In this document: positions 1 through 9,739 of the stretch, one piece after another
How positions within the stretch are numbered: the first letter of the stretch is position 1
Layout of the letters: the number at the start of each line of letters is the position of its first letter
From: Candidatus Brocadia sp.
Lineage (GTDB): Bacteria > Planctomycetota > Brocadiia > Brocadiales > Brocadiaceae
DNA length: 32,000 nucleotides
NCBI GenBank assembly: GCA_021650915.1
Contig: CP091279.1
Coordinates: 420,001 to 452,000, forward strand
Reading direction: 5' to 3'
Translations under genes and position numbers: made by a program
Notes under the pieces: generated by a model
What the model saw: only the letters and a program-made list of their open reading frames with translations
Database searches by the model: none
What the model was told of the DNA's origin: nothing

Positions 1-7
1 AAAAATA

Positions 8-409
8 ATGAGTATGACTGATCCAATCTCTGATATGTTTACGCGCATGAGAAATGCCTGCGCGATCAAACGAGAGAGCGTAGATATTCCTGTGTCAAAA
101 ATCAAGATGGCAGTTTTAAAGATACTAAGAGAAGAAGGGTTTATAAAGGAATTTAAAGAGATATCCGGCGATAACAACAAAGGTATTATTCGGGTTTATC
201 TCAAATATGGTCCATTAAAACAACCGGTAATCAATAAAATTAACAGGGTTAGTAAGTCAAGCAGGAGAATTTACAGAGGGGCTGATGAGATAACTAAAAT
301 TTTTGGAGGAATTGGTGTTGCAATTTACTCTACTTCAAAAGGTGTTGTAAGTGATAAGGAATGCAGGAGGCTTAAGATCGGTGGTGAACTTATCGGTATT
401 GTTACGTAA
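8..409 (+). CDS. rpsH: 30S ribosomal protein S8
   Basis: 133-aa ORF with typical S8 N-terminus (MTDPISDMFTRMRNA) and C-terminus (GGELIG.V). Sits first in the conserved S8-L6-L18-S5 order. Its ATG overlaps a TAA at 6-8, presumably the stop of an upstream gene. Confidence 0.97.
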   Translation: MSMTDPISDMFTRMRNACAIKRESVDIPVSKIKMAVLKILREEGFIKEFKEISGDNNKGIIRVYLKYGPLKQPVINKINRVSKSSRRIYRGADEITKIFGGIGVAIYSTSKGVVSDKECRRLKIGGELIGIVT

Positions 410-436
410 TAAGTTCTATCCGGATAGAGGTGGAAT

Positions 437-1000
437 ATGTCAAGAATAGGAAAACAACCAATTAAAATACCGAGTGATGTGAAAGTCTCCGTAACGGACA
501 GCACGGTTAGTTTAGAGGGAGCAAAGGGAAAAATGGTTCAGGCCTTTCACCCTGATGTGCATATTGAATTTCATCAAAATGACAGACAAATGGTGATAAA
601 GAGGATTTCTGATGAAAAATATTGCAAAGCATTACATGGTTTAACTCGCGCACTTATCGCTAATATGGTATTTGGCGTCACCAAAGGGTTTTCAAAAAAA
701 CTCGAAATTATTGGGCTTGGGTACAACGCTAAGGTACAGGGAAAAGAACTGGTTTTATCGCTTGGATACACACACCCGGTTCATTTGATAATTCCTCAGG
801 GAATTAAAGTTGATGTCACGAATCCTACAAACCCCGCGAAACTAACCATTTCCGGTTCCGACAAACAGATGGTTGGCCAGTTTTCTGCAGTGATAAGAGG
901 CAAAAAGCCGCCGGAGCCATATAAAGGGATGGGAATTAAATATGAGAATGAAGTTATCAGAAGAAAGGCTGGCAAGGCATTTACATCAGGTGCCGCATAG
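437..1000 (+). CDS. rplF: 50S ribosomal protein L6
   Basis: 187-aa ORF starting MSRIGKQPIKIP, with two L6 repeat domains. GAGG lies upstream and synteny follows rpsH. Confidence 0.97.
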   Translation: MSRIGKQPIKIPSDVKVSVTDSTVSLEGAKGKMVQAFHPDVHIEFHQNDRQMVIKRISDEKYCKALHGLTRALIANMVFGVTKGFSKKLEIIGLGYNAKVQGKELVLSLGYTHPVHLIIPQGIKVDVTNPTNPAKLTISGSDKQMVGQFSAVIRGKKPPEPYKGMGIKYENEVIRRKAGKAFTSGAA

Positions 1001-1020
1001 TTGTTTAAAAAGGATTAATC

Positions 1021-1389
1021 ATGGACCATATTAAAGAAAAATTAAGAAAAAGAACAAGGCGCCATCTTCGAATCAGACAAAAGGTAGTTGGTACGAGTGA
1101 AAGACCGCGCTTAAGCGTTTGCAGGACATTAAAAAATATCTACTGCCAGATTATCAATGATTTGGACGGAAGAACGCTGGTTGCTGCATCTACTCAATCG
1201 CCCGATATCCGTTCGTTGATTCCTTACGGTGGGAATGTTAAAGCTGCAGAGATTGTAGGAAAAAAAATTGCAGAAGAGGCAAAAAAAAAGGGCATTACAA
1301 AAGTTGTTTTTGATAAGGGCGGCTATAAATATCATGGCAGGATAAAGGCATTGGCCGAGAGTGCACGAAAAAACGATTTGAGTTTTTAA
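1021..1389 (+). CDS. rplR: 50S ribosomal protein L18
   Basis: 122-aa ORF with a basic N-terminus, RPRLSV.R. .IY.Q.I.D and a C-terminal YHGR.KALA..AR..GL.F signature. Confidence 0.97.
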   Translation: MDHIKEKLRKRTRRHLRIRQKVVGTSERPRLSVCRTLKNIYCQIINDLDGRTLVAASTQSPDIRSLIPYGGNVKAAEIVGKKIAEEAKKKGITKVVFDKGGYKYHGRIKALAESARKNDLSF

Positions 1390-1417
1390 AGAGTAGATTC
1401 ATAACAAGGAGATTGCT

Positions 1418-1903
1418 TTGGCACGTTTGGATGATCCAATGAATTTGGAAGAAACTGTTGTGCAGGTTAATCGGTGTACAACGGTAACAAAAGGCGGGAA
1501 ATCGATGAGTTTCAGTGCTCTTGTGGTTGTTGGTGATAAAAAGGGCAGTGTAGGCATTGGATTTGGGAAGGCGAGGGAAGTGCCCAATGCTGTCAGTAAA
1601 GCAGTTAAAGAAGCTAAAAAGCAGATGGTAAAAATTCCTTTGAAGGGCGATACAATACCGCATATGAGCTGGGGAAGATTTAAAGCTGCAAATATTTTTT
1701 TAAAGCCTGCATCGCCAGGTACCGGTTTAAAAGCAGGGGCTTCGGCGAGAGCGGTTCTCGAATTGGCTGGCATAAAAAATATTTTGTCAAAATGTTTTGG
1801 AAAGAGAAATCCGCTCAATGTGGCTAAGGCAACATTGATGGGCTTAAAGGCCTTAAGGACAAAGGAAGAGATTGGCGCGCTACGGGGGGTGAAGATAGAA
1901 TGA
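1418..1903 (+). CDS. rpsE: 30S ribosomal protein S5
   Basis: 161-aa ORF with a TTG start preceded by AAGGAG. S5 dsRBD and C-terminal domain motifs are present (VNRCTTVTKGGK.MSF.ALVVVGD..G.VG.G.GKA.EVP.A). Confidence 0.96.
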   Translation: MARLDDPMNLEETVVQVNRCTTVTKGGKSMSFSALVVVGDKKGSVGIGFGKAREVPNAVSKAVKEAKKQMVKIPLKGDTIPHMSWGRFKAANIFLKPASPGTGLKAGASARAVLELAGIKNILSKCFGKRNPLNVAKATLMGLKALRTKEEIGALRGVKIE

Positions 1904-2343
1904 ATTTCATGGATATAAAGGCTTTGCCTTTTGAAAGAAAACGAAAGAAACGGGTCGGGCGTGGTCGAGGATCAGGCATGGGAAAGACCTCATGCAGAGG
2001 CGGTAAAGGCGCTACGGCAAGGTCCGGCAATGAGACTAAAATACAGTTCGAAGGAGGGCAAACGCCGCTCTTTCGTCGTCTTCCAAAACGTGGATTTAAC
2101 AATCCGTTTAAAAAGAAGTATGTCACAGTCAATGTTAAAGATATTGCGAGTTTTGACAAGGGGACAGTGATTGATGCTGAGAGGTTAATGAATGCTGGTA
2201 TAATCAAAAAGGTATTAGATGGTATTAAAATACTGGGAGACGGTGAGATAAAAAATGCTTTGACCGTTGTAGCGCATAAATTTAGTAAAGTCGCACAAGA
2301 AAAGATCCAGGCAGCGGGAGGAGAAGTAAAGGTTATCTTATGA
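1900..2343 (+). CDS. rplO: 50S ribosomal protein L15
   Basis: 147-aa ORF with KRVGRGRGSG.GKT.GRG.KG. Its start overlaps the rpsE stop (ATGA-type coupling). An alternative start at Met4 (1909) is possible. Confidence 0.95.
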   Translation: MNFMDIKALPFERKRKKRVGRGRGSGMGKTSCRGGKGATARSGNETKIQFEGGQTPLFRRLPKRGFNNPFKKKYVTVNVKDIASFDKGTVIDAERLMNAGIIKKVLDGIKILGDGEIKNALTVVAHKFSKVAQEKIQAAGGEVKVIL

Positions 2344-3722
2344 TAGAACAATTTGGCAATATTTTTCGAATACCAGAGTTACGTAAGAAGGTATTAATAA
2401 CCCTTGGGCTTATAGCATTGTGTCGTGTGGGAGTTTACATACCAATCCCTGGAATTGATACTACAGTATTAAAATCATATTTTCAACAATTTACCCAAAC
2501 GGGTGTTGGCCAGTTATTGGGGCTTGTTGATATGTTCGCGGGTGGCGCACTGACCTCTGGTGCAATATTTGGCTTGGGGGTTATGCCATATATAAGTGCT
2601 TCTATTATTTTTCAGTTATTAGTTGGTGTAGTGCCGTATTTGGAGAGATTGCAGAAAGAAGGTGAAGCGGGAAGGAAGAAAATTAATCAATATACCAGGC
2701 TGGCCACAGTGGGTTTATGCCTCTTTCAGGCGTTCGTGATGACGCGAACACTCTATACTGTCGAGTTTAACGGAATGCCTGTCATTCCCGTTTATTTACA
2801 GGGGATTAGTTTCCAAATGATGGCTGCGCTTCTCTTGACGACAGGGACGATGACACTTATGTGGATTGGTGAGCAAATTGAAGAACATGGTATTGGAAGC
2901 GGGATATCTATTGTTATTATGGTTGGTATTATAGAACGCTTGCCTTGGGCTTTTTCACAGGTAATGCAGAGTTTTACCTTTTCTGTTACTCCTGCTGAGC
3001 ATCAAATTGGTATTGTTAAATTAATTGTGCTCTTAGGAATGTTTTTCGCTATCGTTGGCGGAGTAGTGTATATTACCCAAGGACAAAGACGTATTCCCGT
3101 ACAGCAGGCAAAGCACACACGCGGCAGAAAAGTGTACGGAGGACAACGACATTTTTTACCGCTCCGTGTGAATCAGGCCGGGGTCATGCCTATCATATTC
3201 GCACAGTCGCTTCTTATTTTTCCAGCAGCCATTATGCAGGGAATTCAAGTAAGATTTGAGCCTGGCAGTTTTGGTTATTGGATTACTTCCCGATTATCTG
3301 AGGTTTTGCAAGGTGGCGTTATTTATGTTGTGCTGTATGTCCTTCTTATAACATTTTTCTGCTATTTTTGGACTGCCATACAGTTTAATCCGAAAGAGAT
3401 GTCGAATAATATGAAAGACTACGGAAGTTTTATCCCTGGAATTCGACCTGGTCATAGAACGGCTGAGTACTTGGAAGGGATTATGGGAAAAATTACCTTG
3501 GCGGGTGCTGCCTTTCTGGCTCTGATTGCAATTCTGCCAAAACTTGTAGCAGGTGGCTTTGAGCTTAATAGGGCAATAGCAGGTTTTTACGGAGGCACCG
3601 GTTTGCTCATCATTGTGGGTGTAGCTCTCGATATGGTGCAGCGGATAGAATCCCATATGATAATGAGACAGTATAGCGGTTTCCTGAGCGGTGGAAGTAG
3701 AATTCGGGGAAGAATGGGATGA
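2340..3722 (+). CDS. secY: preprotein translocase subunit SecY
   Basis: 460-aa polytopic membrane ORF with SecY motifs (GI.PYI.ASII.QLL, GE.I.E.GIGNG.S..I). Lies in the canonical position after rplO and overlaps both neighbours by 4 nt. Confidence 0.97.
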   Translation: MIEQFGNIFRIPELRKKVLITLGLIALCRVGVYIPIPGIDTTVLKSYFQQFTQTGVGQLLGLVDMFAGGALTSGAIFGLGVMPYISASIIFQLLVGVVPYLERLQKEGEAGRKKINQYTRLATVGLCLFQAFVMTRTLYTVEFNGMPVIPVYLQGISFQMMAALLLTTGTMTLMWIGEQIEEHGIGSGISIVIMVGIIERLPWAFSQVMQSFTFSVTPAEHQIGIVKLIVLLGMFFAIVGGVVYITQGQRRIPVQQAKHTRGRKVYGGQRHFLPLRVNQAGVMPIIFAQSLLIFPAAIMQGIQVRFEPGSFGYWITSRLSEVLQGGVIYVVLYVLLITFFCYFWTAIQFNPKEMSNNMKDYGSFIPGIRPGHRTAEYLEGIMGKITLAGAAFLALIAILPKLVAGGFELNRAIAGFYGGTGLLIIVGVALDMVQRIESHMIMRQYSGFLSGGSRIRGRMG

Positions 3723-4402
3723 GGATTGTTTTTCTTGGCCCGCCAGGAGCTGGGAAGGGTACGCAAGCCGAAATTCTAAGCAAAGAAAAAAAACTGCAGC
3801 ACATTTCTTCTGGAAATTTACTTAGAGATGCGGTTGAAAACGGCACCGAAACGGGTTTAAAGGCAAAGCAATACATAGAGAAAGGTCAACTGGTGCCCGA
3901 TCAGATTGTTGTTGATATAATCCGAGACCGCATTTTAGACAAAGATTGCAGGAATGGGTTTCTTCTGGATGGTTTTCCCAGGACACTTGCTCAGGCGAAA
4001 GCCTTGGATGAGATGCTGAAGAAACTTGGGAACAAACTGGATATAGTTTTTTATTTTGTCGTTTCAAAAGAAAGTATTGTCCTCAGGTTATCTGGCAGAA
4101 GAATTTGTAGTGCGTGTGGTGCAAATTATCACACAAAATTTGTTCCTTCTGTGAAAGACGGAATTTGTGATAAATGTGGTGGTAAATTATACCAACGAGC
4201 TGATGATAAACTGGAAACGGTACAAGAGAGAATAAGAATTTATCATGAGCAAACGGAGGATTTGATAGAATATTATAAAAAGAATGGCATTTTAAAAGAG
4301 ATTGAGTCAGAAACGGATATCAAAACGATAACCAAAAAGATATTTAATGTCATTAAAGACGCTTCGCAAAATGAGCCACTCATTAATTTTGGGGTAGCAT
4401 AA
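3719..4402 (+). CDS. adk: adenylate kinase (long form with Cys4 zinc lid)
   Basis: P-loop MRIVFLGPPGAGKGTQA, LLDGFPRT, and lid motifs C.ACG...H and CDKCGG.L.QR.DD. Confidence 0.97.
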   Translation: MRIVFLGPPGAGKGTQAEILSKEKKLQHISSGNLLRDAVENGTETGLKAKQYIEKGQLVPDQIVVDIIRDRILDKDCRNGFLLDGFPRTLAQAKALDEMLKKLGNKLDIVFYFVVSKESIVLRLSGRRICSACGANYHTKFVPSVKDGICDKCGGKLYQRADDKLETVQERIRIYHEQTEDLIEYYKKNGILKEIESETDIKTITKKIFNVIKDASQNEPLINFGVA

Positions 4403-4403
4403 T

Positions 4404-5156
4404 TTGATTGTCCGTAAGTCTCCTCGCGAAGTCGAATTAATGAGAATGGCGGGAAAAATTACTGCTGATGCGCTTCGACTTGCTTCAGAAATAGCTCAGG
4501 AAGACATAACGACGGATTACTTGAATACTGAGATAGAACGGTATATTGTAAGTAAAGGTGGTATACCGGTTTTTAAGGGATACAGAGGGTTTCCAAAAAG
4601 TATTTGCACTTCAATAAACGAAGAGGTTGTTCACGGTATACCAGGGTCGAGGCGATTGAAAAATGGTGATATCCTTAGCGTAGATGTTGGAGTCAGTTAT
4701 CGAAAGTATGTCGCTGATGCTGCGGTGACAATACCGATAGGGAAAATTACAAACGATGCGCAAAGGCTTGTAGATGTTTGCGAGAATTCACTTCAGCGTG
4801 CAATCAGTGTTATAAAATCAGGCGAAAAGCTTTCCAGGATATCAAAGACGATTCAGGACTATGTTGAAATGAATGACTACACCGTTGTAAGAAATTATAC
4901 TGGGCATGGAATCGGGAGGTGTATGCATGAGGACCCGCAAGTCCCAAATTTTGTAAGTAAGGCATTACTAGAAGCGGATGAAATTCTGGTACAGGGGATG
5001 ACCATTGCTATTGAACCAATGATATGCATGGGTAAGTATGATACTGAGGTACTCAACAATAAATGGACGGTGGTTACAAAAGACAGAAAATTATCAGCGC
5101 ATTTTGAACATACCGTTGTGGTAACTGATGATGGTGCTGATATTTTAACGGTTTAA
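4404..5156 (+). CDS. map: type I methionine aminopeptidase
   Basis: 250-aa ORF with a TTG start. Metal-ligand context is present (D..V....Y.AD, GHGIG...HE.P, IEP, EHT) and synteny follows adk. Confidence 0.95.
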   Translation: MIVRKSPREVELMRMAGKITADALRLASEIAQEDITTDYLNTEIERYIVSKGGIPVFKGYRGFPKSICTSINEEVVHGIPGSRRLKNGDILSVDVGVSYRKYVADAAVTIPIGKITNDAQRLVDVCENSLQRAISVIKSGEKLSRISKTIQDYVEMNDYTVVRNYTGHGIGRCMHEDPQVPNFVSKALLEADEILVQGMTIAIEPMICMGKYDTEVLNNKWTVVTKDRKLSAHFEHTVVVTDDGADILTV

Positions 5157-5172
5157 AAGATTTATTAAAAGT

Positions 5173-5391
5173 ATGCCAAAAGAAGAGCCAATTCGGGTGG
5201 AAGCTACGGTAAAGGAGGCGCTTCCCAATGCGATGTTCTGGGTTGAATTGCAGAATGGACACAAAGTGTTAGCGCATGTTTCAGGGAAAATGAGAATGCA
5301 TTTTATCAAGATATTACCTGGTGATAAGGTGACAATTGAAATGTCGCCTTATGATCTCGATAAGGGCAGAATTATTTATAGACAAGTTTAA
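5173..5391 (+). CDS. infA: translation initiation factor IF-1
   Basis: 72-aa S1-like OB fold with V.E.LPNAMF.VEL.NGH.VLAH.SGKMR...I.I.PGD.V.IE.SPYDL..GRI.YR. Confidence 0.97.
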   Translation: MPKEEPIRVEATVKEALPNAMFWVELQNGHKVLAHVSGKMRMHFIKILPGDKVTIEMSPYDLDKGRIIYRQV

Positions 5392-5427
5392 GGTTAAAAT
5401 GGTTGTTTCGGTTTGGAGGGAGTTGTT

Positions 5428-5541
5428 ATGAAAGTAAAGGCTTCCGTAAAACGGATTTGTGAAAATTGTAAGATTGTAAGAAGGCAGAATGTTATTCGTG
5501 TAATTTGTGTAAACCCTCGCCATAAACAGAGACAAGGGTAA
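5428..5541 (+). CDS. rpmJ: 50S ribosomal protein L36 (not in the supplied ORF track, below its size cut-off)
   Basis: My own translation from the ATG at 5428 gives [37 protein letters not shown], ending at TAA 5539-5541. GGAGG lies 8 nt upstream. The position between infA and rpsM is canonical, and the C..C...C....H zinc-ribbon pattern is present. Confidence 0.93.
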   Translation: MKVKASVKRICENCKIVRRQNVIRVICVNPRHKQRQG

Positions 5542-5583
5542 GTATTCTGATAATTTGTAAAACGCTGAGAAAGGAATAAGTAA

Positions 5584-5967
5584 ATGCCGAGAATTGCTGG
5601 AATTGACATTCCCGCAGAAAAAAGGGTGGTTGTCGCTCTCACCTATGCATATGGTATTGGAAAAGCATTGTCGCAGAGGATACTAAAAGATCTGCAAATC
5701 GATGAGAATGTCCGCGCTAAAAATCTGCATGACGATCAACTGAGCATGTTGAATGCTTACATTGAAAAGAATTTCACCGTAGAAGGTCAATTACGCAGGC
5801 AGGAGATGCAGAATGTCGCGCGTTTAAAAAGTATCAACTGTTACCGCGGAATACGGCATAAAGTGGGTTTACCGGTGAGGGGGCAGAGAACGAAAACAAA
5901 TGCGCGCACAAGAAAGGGCCGTAAAAAGACGGTAGCCGGGAAAAAAGGCGTAAAAGAGTTGGGATAG
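5584..5967 (+). CDS. rpsM: 30S ribosomal protein S13
   Basis: 127-aa ORF starting MPRIAGIDIP..K.V..ALTYAYGIG, with Y.G.RH..GLPVRGQRT.TNART.KG. Confidence 0.97.
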   Translation: MPRIAGIDIPAEKRVVVALTYAYGIGKALSQRILKDLQIDENVRAKNLHDDQLSMLNAYIEKNFTVEGQLRRQEMQNVARLKSINCYRGIRHKVGLPVRGQRTKTNARTRKGRKKTVAGKKGVKELG

Positions 5968-5996
5968 CAGGGCGGGTTTTCTCTTAAAATATAAAC

Positions 5997-6857
5997 ATGG
6001 TTCATTCTGTGACGAGTTGTGTTGGATCCAAAAAAGGCATAGCAGAGGAACTGAGATCTAGTAAAGAATTGCTAAAGGTATTGGCATTAGATATAGAAAA
6101 GTCAGAAGACGGACGGGATTTTAAGAAGTTTAATGAAGTGGTTGGCTTTTGTGAGCAAATACTGCGGATAGTTGAAGCAATTCCAGAAAAGAAAGAAATA
6201 GTATTTCTTGACTGTTCCTGTGGCAAATCCTATTTATCGTTTGCTTTAAATTATATCCTTTCAAAGCAATTTTCCAGAGAAACGTTTTTTTATGGGGTAG
6301 ATATTAATCCGGATCTGATTGAAAGATGCAGCCGGATTAAGGATAGTCTTGGCTTTAAAAATATGCAATTTGTTCATGCCAGAATTATCGAAGCTCTTCC
6401 CGAAAAGCCTGTTGATATGGTAATAGCCTTGCATGCTTGTGATACTGCCACGGATGAGGCGATTGCCAAAGGTATCAAGCTGAGAGCAAAATATATTATA
6501 GTCGTTCCCTGTTGCGAAAATCAAATAAGGGGTCGCTTAAAGAACGGGCATCCCTTAGTTGACCTGACTGAATTTGGGCTTTTGCGATATCGTTTTGCTG
6601 ATATTTTGACTGCTGCATTAAGGTCTAAGTTTCTGATGGGCTCTGGTTACTGTGTAAAACTGGTTGAGATTGCTCCTCCTAAATGTACTCCAAAAAATTT
6701 AATGATTGTGGCAAGAAGAAAAAAAGGTAATAAGAGTTTCAGTATGGATGGATACAACAAATTAGATGAAATGTTTCATACAGAATTCATTTTGAAAGAT
6801 TATTTTCGTGAATCTGATATGTGCTATGAAGATAATGTTCATCACGAAAAATGTTAA
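5997..6857 (+). CDS. SAM-dependent methyltransferase of unknown substrate (Methyltransf_32 / PF13679-like by motif recall)
   Basis: 286-aa ORF. It has a motif I-like VFLDCSCGKSYLSFAL and the downstream ALHACDTATDEAI...IIVVPCC pattern I associate with the PF13679 family. Same strand as, and tightly packed between, rpsM and rpsK. Confidence 0.7.
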   Translation: MVHSVTSCVGSKKGIAEELRSSKELLKVLALDIEKSEDGRDFKKFNEVVGFCEQILRIVEAIPEKKEIVFLDCSCGKSYLSFALNYILSKQFSRETFFYGVDINPDLIERCSRIKDSLGFKNMQFVHARIIEALPEKPVDMVIALHACDTATDEAIAKGIKLRAKYIIVVPCCENQIRGRLKNGHPLVDLTEFGLLRYRFADILTAALRSKFLMGSGYCVKLVEIAPPKCTPKNLMIVARRKKGNKSFSMDGYNKLDEMFHTEFILKDYFRESDMCYEDNVHHEKC

Positions 6858-6891
6858 AAATTTGTTAGTTTAACTTGAGAACGGATATACT

Positions 6892-7272
6892 ATGTCAAAT
6901 GGAATCAAAAAAAAGATAAGACGCAACGTTACACGGGCAATTGCAAATATTAAAGCAACATTTAATAATACGTATGTGACGATTTCTGACGTTAATGGCG
7001 AGACGATATGCTGGGCTAGTGCTGGTACGGTTGGGTTTAAAGGATCGCGTAAAAGCACTCCTTTTGCCGCCCAAAAGGCAGCTTCAAGCGCCGCTGATAA
7101 GGCACAGAAATACGGCATTCAGGAGATCGAAATCAGGGTTAAAGGTCCTGGTCCAGGCCGGGAGTCTGCTATTACCGCGCTTCAGGCGGCTGGTTTAAGT
7201 GTAAAGGCAATTGAAGACGTTACTCCACTTCCGCATAATGGTTGTCGTCCAAGGAAGAAACGAAGGGTATAA
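6892..7272 (+). CDS. rpsK: 30S ribosomal protein S11
   Basis: 126-aa ORF with A.I.ATFNNT.VTI.D..G....[20 protein letters not shown] and a C-terminal D.TP.PHNGCRP.K.RRV. Confidence 0.97.
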   Translation: MSNGIKKKIRRNVTRAIANIKATFNNTYVTISDVNGETICWASAGTVGFKGSRKSTPFAAQKAASSAADKAQKYGIQEIEIRVKGPGPGRESAITALQAAGLSVKAIEDVTPLPHNGCRPRKKRRV

Positions 7273-7304
7273 ATAAGTTTTAAAAGATTCGCGAAAGGAT
7301 TGAT

Positions 7305-7931
7305 ATGGCAAGATATGTAGGACCACAATGTAGGTTGTGCAGGAGGGAGGGTGAAAAACTATTCCTGAAGGGAATACGATGTGATACGGTGAAATGCGCA
7401 ATTACTAAGAGAAAATACCCTCCTGGTCAATTTACATGGGGAAGAGGAAAATTATCAAAGTATGGCATTCAATTTAGAGAAAAGCAAAAAGTAAAACGGT
7501 ACTACGGAATTTTGGAGAGACAGTTTAAGAATTATTTTAAAAAAGCGGAGCGACAAAAAGGAAATACTGGAGAGAATCTGTTGATGATGTTGGAAAGACG
7601 GTTGGATAATGTTGTGTGCCTTCTCTCTTTTGCCTCTTCAAGAAAGAGTGCAAGACAGTTGGTTCTGCATGGCCATATTACGGTGAATAACAAAAAAGTT
7701 GACATTGCCTCTTATCTTGTGAAAAGTGGTGATATTATAAAACCTAAAGATGATGAGGCAACACAAAATATTGTTAAGGCAAATCTTGAATTAATGAAGG
7801 GACGAAATGTGCCTGCATGGATGCAACTGAGAGTAGATACCCTTGAAGGTCAGGTGATCCAGCTTCCTGCGCGAGAAGATATTTCGGCTCCCGCTCAGGA
7901 ACAGTTAATTGTTGAGCTGTGTTCTAAATAA
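7305..7931 (+). CDS. rpsD: 30S ribosomal protein S4
   Basis: 208-aa ORF starting [22 protein letters not shown], with an S4 RNA-binding domain (LE.RLDNVV......SR..ARQLV.HGHI.VN...V.I.SY). Confidence 0.97.
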   Translation: MARYVGPQCRLCRREGEKLFLKGIRCDTVKCAITKRKYPPGQFTWGRGKLSKYGIQFREKQKVKRYYGILERQFKNYFKKAERQKGNTGENLLMMLERRLDNVVCLLSFASSRKSARQLVLHGHITVNNKKVDIASYLVKSGDIIKPKDDEATQNIVKANLELMKGRNVPAWMQLRVDTLEGQVIQLPAREDISAPAQEQLIVELCSK

Positions 7932-8076
7932 ATGTATGTTAATTCATTCCGCACCGGGTAGACCTGCAGTTAGTCTAAATAGCTTCGTGGATGTGATCTT
8001 TTACGAAACGTATATACACAGCCAGATAATTTAATTTATTTTCAGATCCCTTATTAACCGAACGAGGGGGAAAAAT

Positions 8077-9093
8077 ATGCGAATCAGGTGGAGAGGTCTT
8101 GAACTTCCTGTCAGAGTTGATGTGGAAAATGAGACTTTAACCGATACCTATGGCAAGTTTATAGCAGCTCCTTTTGAGCGTGGTTTTGGTCATTCTATAG
8201 GCAATAGTTTACGAAGAATATTGCTTTCTTCGTTGGAAGGCAGTGCGGTGGTATCTGTCAGAATTGATGGGATTAGTCATGAATTCACGAGCATTCCTGG
8301 TATTGTGGAAGATGTGACTGATATCATGTTGAATATAAAAAATCTTGTGGTAAAACTGAACGCTGATCAACCGAAAGTAATAAAAATTGAAGCGAAAAAA
8401 AAAGGTGCGGTGACAGCAAAAGACATTGTAACGGATGCAGGGGTAGAAATAATAAACGGTGATTTACATATCGCTACGCTCTCTGAAGACGTGAAATTTA
8501 ACGTAGAAATGGAAGTGAACAAGGGACGCGGGTATGTGACCGCAGAGGAAAACGAACCGGATGAACAGGAGTTTGGGCTTATTGCAGTAGATTCGATTTT
8601 TTCTCCCGTGAGGAATGTCCGCTACTCTATCGAGGAAACACGTGTTGGCAGACGTACAAATTATGACAAACTTATCATGGAGATATGGACAAATCGGGTT
8701 GTTTCCCCTGAAATGGCGCTGGTCGAGGCTGCAAAAATTATGAAAAAGCATTTGAATCCTTTCGTTCAATATTTTGATATTGGGAGAGAGCTGCAACAGG
8801 TGGAAAAAAGAATGGGTATTGAATCCATTCCTGAAATATCTGAAGAAGAGCTTACAAAGAAGATGTGCATACCCATTGCGGAGTTGGATTTATCGGTGAG
8901 GGCCTCCAATTGTCTCGAAATTTCAGGTATTGCAACTGTTGGCGATCTTGTTGCAAAGACGGAGGAGCAGCTTTTAGAAATAAAAAATTTTGGCAAAACC
9001 ACTTTGAGAGAAGTAAAAACAAAGCTGGCTCAGTTGAATTTAACGATTGGAATGCCTGTGGCGATTAAACAAATGGAAAAAGGGAAAGGATAG
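8077..9093 (+). CDS. rpoA: DNA-directed RNA polymerase subunit alpha
   Basis: 338-aa ORF. The N-terminal domain carries G.G.S.GN.LRR.LLSS..G.A and the C-terminal domain carries L.LSVRA.NCL....I..VGDL....E..L..I.NFGK. Confidence 0.97.
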   Translation: MRIRWRGLELPVRVDVENETLTDTYGKFIAAPFERGFGHSIGNSLRRILLSSLEGSAVVSVRIDGISHEFTSIPGIVEDVTDIMLNIKNLVVKLNADQPKVIKIEAKKKGAVTAKDIVTDAGVEIINGDLHIATLSEDVKFNVEMEVNKGRGYVTAEENEPDEQEFGLIAVDSIFSPVRNVRYSIEETRVGRRTNYDKLIMEIWTNRVVSPEMALVEAAKIMKKHLNPFVQYFDIGRELQQVEKRMGIESIPEISEEELTKKMCIPIAELDLSVRASNCLEISGIATVGDLVAKTEEQLLEIKNFGKTTLREVKTKLAQLNLTIGMPVAIKQMEKGKG

Positions 9094-9097
9094 TTCC

Positions 9098-9658
9098 ATG
9101 AGACATAGAATGAGAGGAAGACATTTATCGAGAACTGGTGCACACAGAAAGGCACTAAGACAGAATATAACCAATAGCCTTTTTATGCACGGAAGAATTA
9201 TAACAACTCTTGAAAAGGCAAAAGAAACGCGGTCGTTTGCAGAAAAGGTACTTACCCTTGCAAAAAAAGGATTATCAAAAAAGGATTCTGATAGGCCTAG
9301 TTATGTACATTGCTATCGTCAGGTTTTGGCGAGATTAAGGAATGCTGATGTTACGAGAAAGTTATTTGGCGAAGGGGCCTGGCGTGAATCGGGTGGTATT
9401 GCCCAGCGGTTTGCCAACCGGAACGGTGGCTATACGAGAATTCTGAAGCTGTCGGGAACTCGATTAGGGGTTTTGTCAGGCAGTAGTGTGGGAAAAATAC
9501 CAGTGCTTGAATATAGGATGGAAGGCGCGGACAGAAAGTTACGAATGTTAGGACGGCGACTTAATGATAATGCGTCACGCGTGATCTTTGAGTTGGTTGC
9601 AGGCACCGCGGAAATGCAGTCATCTGATGCCGTGAAGCCAACTGTTACCACAGGTTAG
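9098..9658 (+). CDS. rplQ: 50S ribosomal protein L17 (with an internal insertion near the C-terminus)
   Basis: Start taken at MRHRMRGRHLSRTGAHRKALRQN (ATG 9098), the universal L17 N-terminus. The track start at 9047 overlaps rpoA and adds non-homologous residues. GGYTRILKL and RVIFELV flank about 28 extra residues. Confidence 0.93.
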   Translation: MRHRMRGRHLSRTGAHRKALRQNITNSLFMHGRIITTLEKAKETRSFAEKVLTLAKKGLSKKDSDRPSYVHCYRQVLARLRNADVTRKLFGEGAWRESGGIAQRFANRNGGYTRILKLSGTRLGVLSGSSVGKIPVLEYRMEGADRKLRMLGRRLNDNASRVIFELVAGTAEMQSSDAVKPTVTTG

Positions 9659-9695
9659 GTAAAACGCATTTAAAAATATGGTAGTCGAATGGTTT

Positions 9696-9734
9696 ACCCT
9701 TCTACTATAGGTAGCATAGTAGAAGGGTTTTTTT
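9696..9734 (+). terminator. rho-independent terminator of the ribosomal/alpha operon
   Basis: Perfect 12-bp stem CCCTTCTACTAT (9697-9708) / ATAGTAGAAGGG (9716-9727), a 7-nt loop, then T7 (9728-9734). It lies 38 nt after the rplQ stop. Confidence 0.9.
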
Positions 9735-9739
9735 GTCAC

